A stretch of 49,395 nucleotides of DNA. Origin: an uncultured Bacilli bacterium (GTDB lineage Bacteria > Bacillota_I > Bacilli_A > RF39 > UBA660). A program made the translations under genes and the position numbers. Numbering within the stretch: position 1 is the first letter of the stretch; each line of letters starts with the position of its first letter. The stretch lies in NCBI GenBank assembly GCA_947594595.1, contig CANQEE010000001.1, positions 1 through 49,395 of the forward strand, given 5' to 3'. This document shows, one piece after another, positions 45,228-49,395 of the stretch. The notes beneath the pieces are model-generated. The model worked only from the letters and a program-made list of their open reading frames with translations. It was not told where the DNA came from and ran no database searches.

Positions 45228-47244
45228 AATTACAGGAATTGATTGTGCAAGTTGTGCACATGAAATAGAGACAATGTTAAAGAAAAGGGGAGATCTTTTT
45301 AATGTTTCACTCAATTTTTCACTAGAGAAACTCTCTTTTGAATCTGAAAAAGAAGATCTTTCTAAAACTTTATTAAAAGAAATGAAGAAAATTGAACCGA
45401 GTGTTTCTTTGGAACAAGATGAAGAACAAGGTTTTCTCTTGGATGTACTCCGTCTATTTTTAGGAAGTCTTTTCTTTCTTTGCTCTTTTCTGATTTCTTC
45501 AAAACTTCTCTCCTTTCTTTTGGTTCTTCTTTCTTATCTTATTCTTGTATATCCTACTTTAAAAAAAGCCTATTTTAATTTGCTTTCCAAAACGATTAAC
45601 GAAAATTTTTTGATTACATTTTCTTCTTTTGGTGCTTTACTTATTCAAAAAAATAAGGAAGGCTTTATGGTTTTATTTTTATATGGAATAGGAAAATTAT
45701 TAGAAAAGAAAGCCATTCGAAAAAGTAGAAATTCAATTCAAGAGTTGATGGATTTACAAGTAGATGAGGTTATTGTAAAGAAGAAGGAAGGTTATGAAGT
45801 TCTTTCTAAGGAAGAAGTTTCAGTTGGAAGTGTTATTCTTGTAAAAAAAGGAGAAAAAGTTCCATTAGATGGGATTTTATTAGATTTATATACAGAAGTA
45901 GATGCAAAATCTTTGACGGGAGAAAGTTCTTATCAAGTGATAAGAAAAGGAGAAGAAATTCTTTCTGGATGTATCAATGTAAAAGAAGCTATTCTTATCA
46001 AAACAACAAAAACATATCAAGAAAGTACAGTCTCTTGTATTCTAGATTTGATTGAAAATGCAGGAGAGAAAAAATCAGAGGCGGAAACATTTGTTACAAA
46101 AGTTTCTGAAATTTATACTCCAATTGTTTTACTTTTAGCGATTTTGATTGCTCTTTTTTATCCAGTTTTTACAGGAGATAATTTTATTCAAGGATTTTAT
46201 CATTCTCTCGTGTTTGTTGTCATTTCATGTCCTTGTTCCATTGCAATTTCTATTCCACTTGCATATTTTACTGGAATTGGTGTTTTAAGTAGAAATGGGA
46301 TTTTAGTAAAGGGAAGTACTTATTTAGATCGAATTCGAGAAATGAAAAGAATTATTTTTGATAAAACAGGTACTTTAACGACGGGTGTTTTTCAAATTGC
46401 AGAGATCTATAACATGGAAAATATTTCCAAAAAAGAAGTTCTTTTCTATATAGGATTAGGGGAATCTTTTTCTACGCATCCTATCGCGGTGGCTATTCAA
46501 AAAGAGATTTCTTTTAAGTTGCCGGTTTCTGAAGTGTCTTCTTTTAAAGAAGAGGCTGGAAAAGGTATTTCTTATCATTATCAGGGAAAAAAGATTTGTA
46601 TAGGAAATGAGAAATGGATAAAGCCTAAGAAAAAATATAAAGGAACAGTTTTATATTTATCTATAGATGGAATTGAAAATGGTGCAATTGTTTTAGAAGA
46701 TAAAATTAAAGAAAATGCAAAGAATGTAATAGAAAATCTAAAGAAACAACAAATTGATTCCTATATGTTTACAGGCGATAAAAAGGAGGTTGCTAAGAAA
46801 GTTGGGGAAACGTTAGGGATACAATATGTAGAGGCAGAACTTTTGCCAAAAGAAAAATACCAATTATTGGAAAAAATTTTATCAGATCATGAAATTACAG
46901 CTTTTGTAGGAGATGGAATCAATGATAGTCCATCACTTCGACGATGTGATCTAGGAATTTCTATGGGAGGTATTGGAAGTGCTGCTGCGATTGAAGCCAG
47001 TGATATTGTTTTAATGGATGATCAACTTTCTAAGATTCCTCGTATGATTCAAATAGCAAACTATATTCATAAAATTGTAGTACAAAATTTAGTGTTTGCA
47101 CTAGGAATTAAGATAGGAACACTCATCCTTTCCTTATTTGGTATTGTTTCTATGTGGCAAGCTGTTTTTGCAGATGTTGGTGTTACTCTTCTTACCATTC
47201 TAAATACTTTTCGTATTTTGAAATGGGTGTCTGTTAAAAAGTAA
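45208..47244 (+). CDS. heavy-metal (Zn/Cd/Co-type) translocating P1B-type ATPase
   Basis: N-terminal HMA motif GIDCASCAHEIE, TM CPC motif (SCPCSIAIS), DKTGTLT phosphorylation site and GDGINDSP hinge. The TTG start at 45208 overlaps the end of the regulator gene. Confidence 0.93.
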   Translation: MKKYHYKITGIDCASCAHEIETMLKKRGDLFNVSLNFSLEKLSFESEKEDLSKTLLKEMKKIEPSVSLEQDEEQGFLLDVLRLFLGSLFFLCSFLISSKLLSFLLVLLSYLILVYPTLKKAYFNLLSKTINENFLITFSSFGALLIQKNKEGFMVLFLYGIGKLLEKKAIRKSRNSIQELMDLQVDEVIVKKKEGYEVLSKEEVSVGSVILVKKGEKVPLDGILLDLYTEVDAKSLTGESSYQVIRKGEEILSGCINVKEAILIKTTKTYQESTVSCILDLIENAGEKKSEAETFVTKVSEIYTPIVLLLAILIALFYPVFTGDNFIQGFYHSLVFVVISCPCSIAISIPLAYFTGIGVLSRNGILVKGSTYLDRIREMKRIIFDKTGTLTTGVFQIAEIYNMENISKKEVLFYIGLGESFSTHPIAVAIQKEISFKLPVSEVSSFKEEAGKGISYHYQGKKICIGNEKWIKPKKKYKGTVLYLSIDGIENGAIVLEDKIKENAKNVIENLKKQQIDSYMFTGDKKEVAKKVGETLGIQYVEAELLPKEKYQLLEKILSDHEITAFVGDGINDSPSLRRCDLGISMGGIGSAAAIEASDIVLMDDQLSKIPRMIQIANYIHKIVVQNLVFALGIKIGTLILSLFGIVSMWQAVFADVGVTLLTILNTFRILKWVSVKK

Positions 47245-47271
47245 AAAATTCAGTTAAGAAAGGAATTGTCT

Positions 47272-47472
47272 ATGGGTATTTTTGAGGATTTAGTTGGGAA
47301 CAATTCAACAAAAAAAGGACAAGCTCTTGGCTTTTTTGATTTTTTGGATGCTATAGAAGAAGAAAAAGTACAAAATAATCTGTGGAAGAAAGAAGATAAA
47401 AAAACAAAAGAAGAAAATCAGAAGCCATATGAAGAAAATCTAAAAAAAGAGGAAACTGATAATTTCCAATAA
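47272..47472 (+). CDS. hypothetical small acidic/lysine-rich protein (66 aa)
   Basis: ATG 47272 lies behind GAAAGGA, directly after the ATPase gene. The C-terminal half is low-complexity and K/E-rich. No motif recognised. Confidence 0.35.
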   Translation: MGIFEDLVGNNSTKKGQALGFFDFLDAIEEEKVQNNLWKKEDKKTKEENQKPYEENLKKEETDNFQ

Positions 47473-47508
47473 TTGGAAATTGTTGGATTTATAGTTTATT
47501 TAATTTTG

Positions 47509-47541
47509 TAATAGTATCCAATGGATACTATTATATTTTTT
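47509..47541 (+). terminator. intrinsic terminator of the metal-efflux unit
   Basis: Perfect 11-bp stem TAATAGTATCC (47509-47519) / GGATACTATTA (47523-47533) with a 3-nt loop, then TATTTTTT. Confidence 0.8.
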
Positions 47542-47613
47542 ACCAATATATGGAAATATAAAATAAAATCTATTGTTTCTTATTCCAAGAAGATGTAATA
47601 AGCATATTCCTTT

Positions 47614-47645
47614 CAATAAAAAAAGGCATTATTTTGCCTTTTTAA
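47614..47645 (-). terminator. intrinsic terminator of the sortase-substrate gene
   Basis: AAAGGCA (47622-47628) / TGCCTTT (47635-47641). On the minus strand the hairpin, whose loop holds the TAA stop, is followed by a T7 run. Confidence 0.65.
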
Positions 47646-48291
47646 AAGAATAAATGAGTCCAACTCCACAGATAGCAATAAGACCTAATAAGAAAAACAA
47701 ATTGATATCTGAAGTATTAGGATTTAGTTGATTTAAAATTTCTTTTGCGATTGCTTGCGACCATACACTTGTGCCACCATTGGATGGAATTAAAGTGATT
47801 CCCTCAGGATCGATTTCTATAATTACAAATTGATTATTGCTTCCATCTTCATTCCAATCAAATGAATACTTATAAGTGAGTACTGTTCCTTTTAAAAGTG
47901 CATTTTTAAGATTGGTAGGTGTGATTCCAACATAATCTTTAAAAGTAGAAGCTTTGATTTGTTTTGTTTGATTATCAGGCAATGTAACTTTGAAACTTGA
48001 ATTGCTGTCATTGGTTGGTTCTGTAATTTCAAAACCAATCCAAGCAGCAGGTCCAGGTCGTTCTCCACCAGATGCACCTTTATCTTCTTCTAACATTTTA
48101 AATGTTGCTAAAGAGTATCGGATTGTTGTGGTATTTCCTTTGGTTTCTATTGTACCTTCTCCAGAAGAAAGAGAATCTCCTGTTTCTTTTGTAATATCTT
48201 TGACTACTCCATAAGTTTCAGCTGCTAAAACAGTAGGGCCTGTTACTAGCATTGTTAGAATGATCAAGTAAAAAATGATTTTCTTTTTCAT
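47629..48291 (-). CDS. cell-wall-anchored surface protein with NPNTS sorting signal (sortase B substrate candidate)
   Basis: Start at ATG 48291 behind AAAGGAG. Signal peptide MKKKIIFYLIILTMLVTGPTVLA. The C-terminus has LNPNTSD, then the hydrophobic stretch INLFFLLGLIAICGVGLIY, then the basic tail SFKKAK. Confidence 0.8.
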   Translation of the reverse strand: MKKKIIFYLIILTMLVTGPTVLAAETYGVVKDITKETGDSLSSGEGTIETKGNTTTIRYSLATFKMLEEDKGASGGERPGPAAWIGFEITEPTNDSNSSFKVTLPDNQTKQIKASTFKDYVGITPTNLKNALLKGTVLTYKYSFDWNEDGSNNQFVIIEIDPEGITLIPSNGGTSVWSQAIAKEILNQLNPNTSDINLFFLLGLIAICGVGLIYSFKKAK

Positions 48292-48350
48292 AAATGAACT
48301 CCTTTTTTCATATTGGTAATTAGCCATTCTTTTGAACCGAGGTGATTTAT

Positions 48351-49211
48351 TTGAAAAAGTATATGACTTTTGAAGAATATTTTAAAACACAATCAACTCA
48401 TCAGGAGAAAGAATCTAGATGGAAAAAGGGAAGAGGCATCCTTATGACTTTGTGTCTTAGTGGTATTCTTTTATCATTACTAATTTTATTAAATTGGTTT
48501 TATGATCATTCCAAAATTCAACAAATTCACAAAGAAATTGACAAAAGTATTTATATAGATAAAGATTTTGATCAAGGCGAACTTGTCAACCCACCTAAAA
48601 ATAAGAAAAGTGAGTATTATTACTATGCTAAGATTCCATTTTATAATGTTAGTTTTTCAATTTTATTATCTAAAAATATAGATACAGTAGGATTTATTCG
48701 CCTTAGGAATACAAAGATTCATTATCCTGTAGTTCAAGCTATGAATAATGAATATTATTTAACTCATGCTTTTGATAAGACAGAAAATCAAGCAGGTTGG
48801 ATTTTTATGGATTATCGAAATCACATAGATTCTTTGGATGATAATACAACGATTTATGGTCATGCAAGAATGGATGGATCTATGTTTGGTTCTTTGAAAA
48901 ATGTTTTGTCTTCTTCTTGGCAAAAAAACCGTGATAATTATGTAATTTTTTTATCTACGTTGAAGGAAAAATTCATTTTTCAAATTTTTTCCATCTATAC
49001 GATTAAAAGTGAGGGCTATTATATTACACCCAATTTTAGTAATAGCAAAAAGAAGGAAATTTGGCTTTCTACAATGAAAGAAAGAAATATTGCTCCTATT
49101 GATACAGAAGTTAATATAAATGATAAGATTCTTACTTTATCGACTTGTCAAAATAATCAAGGAAAAAGAATTGTTGTTCATGCAAAACTTATCAAGCGAA
49201 GTAATTACTAA
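48351..49211 (+). CDS. srtB: class B sortase
   Basis: N-terminal TM anchor, IHYPVVQAMNNEYYLTHAFD and GWIFMDYRN blocks, catalytic His in TIYGH, and catalytic Cys in TLSTCQ. TTG 48351 lies 5 nt after GAGGTGA; GTG 48342 and ATG 48363 are alternative starts. Confidence 0.88.
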   Translation: MKKYMTFEEYFKTQSTHQEKESRWKKGRGILMTLCLSGILLSLLILLNWFYDHSKIQQIHKEIDKSIYIDKDFDQGELVNPPKNKKSEYYYYAKIPFYNVSFSILLSKNIDTVGFIRLRNTKIHYPVVQAMNNEYYLTHAFDKTENQAGWIFMDYRNHIDSLDDNTTIYGHARMDGSMFGSLKNVLSSSWQKNRDNYVIFLSTLKEKFIFQIFSIYTIKSEGYYITPNFSNSKKKEIWLSTMKERNIAPIDTEVNINDKILTLSTCQNNQGKRIVVHAKLIKRSNY

Positions 49212-49281
49212 AATAAAAATGAAAAGTTACATATATCACAAAAAGTATAAAAATTCATACTTTATATTAGAGGTGAATATC

Positions 49282-49341
49282 ATGAATGAGCGTGCAATTA
49301 AAGGCGTGGTTGTAGATGCCGGACATGGAGGTATCGGTTAA
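49282..49341 (+). pseudogene. truncated start of an N-acetylmuramoyl-L-alanine amidase (Amidase_3)-like gene
   Basis: SD AGAGGTGA then MNERAIKGVVVDAGHGGIG and a TAA stop after 19 codons. VVDAGHGG is the canonical opening of the Amidase_3 domain. Another frame (YRLNPKIEEMTILVSKYKSLR) stays open to the window end. Confidence 0.3.
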
Positions 49342-49395
49342 ATCCAAAAATAGAAGAAATGACTATTTTGGTAAGTAAATACAAGAGTTTAAGGT

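Noticed and set aside
49120-49281. 73-aa ORF from the track spanning the end of srtB into the amidase-like start.
   Set aside because: Its first 54 codons overlap srtB out of frame and cross the intergenic region without an SD. Only the last 19 codons, from ATG 49282 behind AGAGGTGA, look genuine.
1-49395. Search for CRISPR arrays, transposases, integrases, phage genes, tRNA/rRNA genes, or UGA-as-Trp recoding.
   Set aside because: No direct-repeat/spacer periodicity, no DDE or tyrosine/serine recombinase motifs and no tRNA-like cloverleaf segments were noticed. All conserved genes read through with TGG for Trp and terminate normally, so the standard code applies.

Overview
AT-rich chromosomal segment, roughly one-third G+C by eye, from a low-GC Gram-positive bacterium (Bacillota). 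It uses the standard genetic code. spo0A and a Cse60-like gene point to an endospore-forming lineage. The lack of rpmD and the acholeplasma-like GT4 glycolipid synthase fit an Erysipelotrichia- or Clostridia-like organism, but that is a guess. The core of the window (14.3-28.4 kb) is a complete, collinear S10-spc-alpha ribosomal protein cluster: rpsJ through rplQ with secY, adk, map, infA and the unlisted 37-aa rpmJ. Upstream lies a rearranged glycolytic cluster. gap is insulated by terminators. pgk and tpiA are separated by three translationally coupled non-glycolytic genes: a 155-aa orphan, a UPF0104-like membrane protein and a GT4 glycolipid synthase. spo0A and an AAA ATPase sit between tpiA and gpmA. 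A Y-family polymerase gene with a LexA-box promoter follows. Downstream of rplQ are several separate units. They include a structured leader in front of a DUF2798-like membrane protein, archaeal-type proS, and a 516-aa protein built from ten exact 34-aa repeats of four interleaved classes. Next come a Leu T-box driving a small membrane ORF plus leuS, a divergent pair of FemAB-family transferases, and an nrdD-nrdG-dut operon. That operon faces an ATP-cone NrdD paralog that lacks the zinc ribbon and the glycyl-radical C-terminus. The window ends with an XRE regulator, an ArsR/SmtB regulator with a P1B ATPase metal module, a head-to-head sortase B and NPNTS-substrate pair, and a truncated amidase-like start at the right edge. 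I saw no rRNA, tRNA, CRISPR array, transposase or integrase. The most unusual items are the truncated NrdD paralog, the four-class 34-aa repeat protein, the orphan structured leader, and the T-box/small-ORF/leuS bicistron. All family assignments come from reading motifs by eye and from memory, not from searches.
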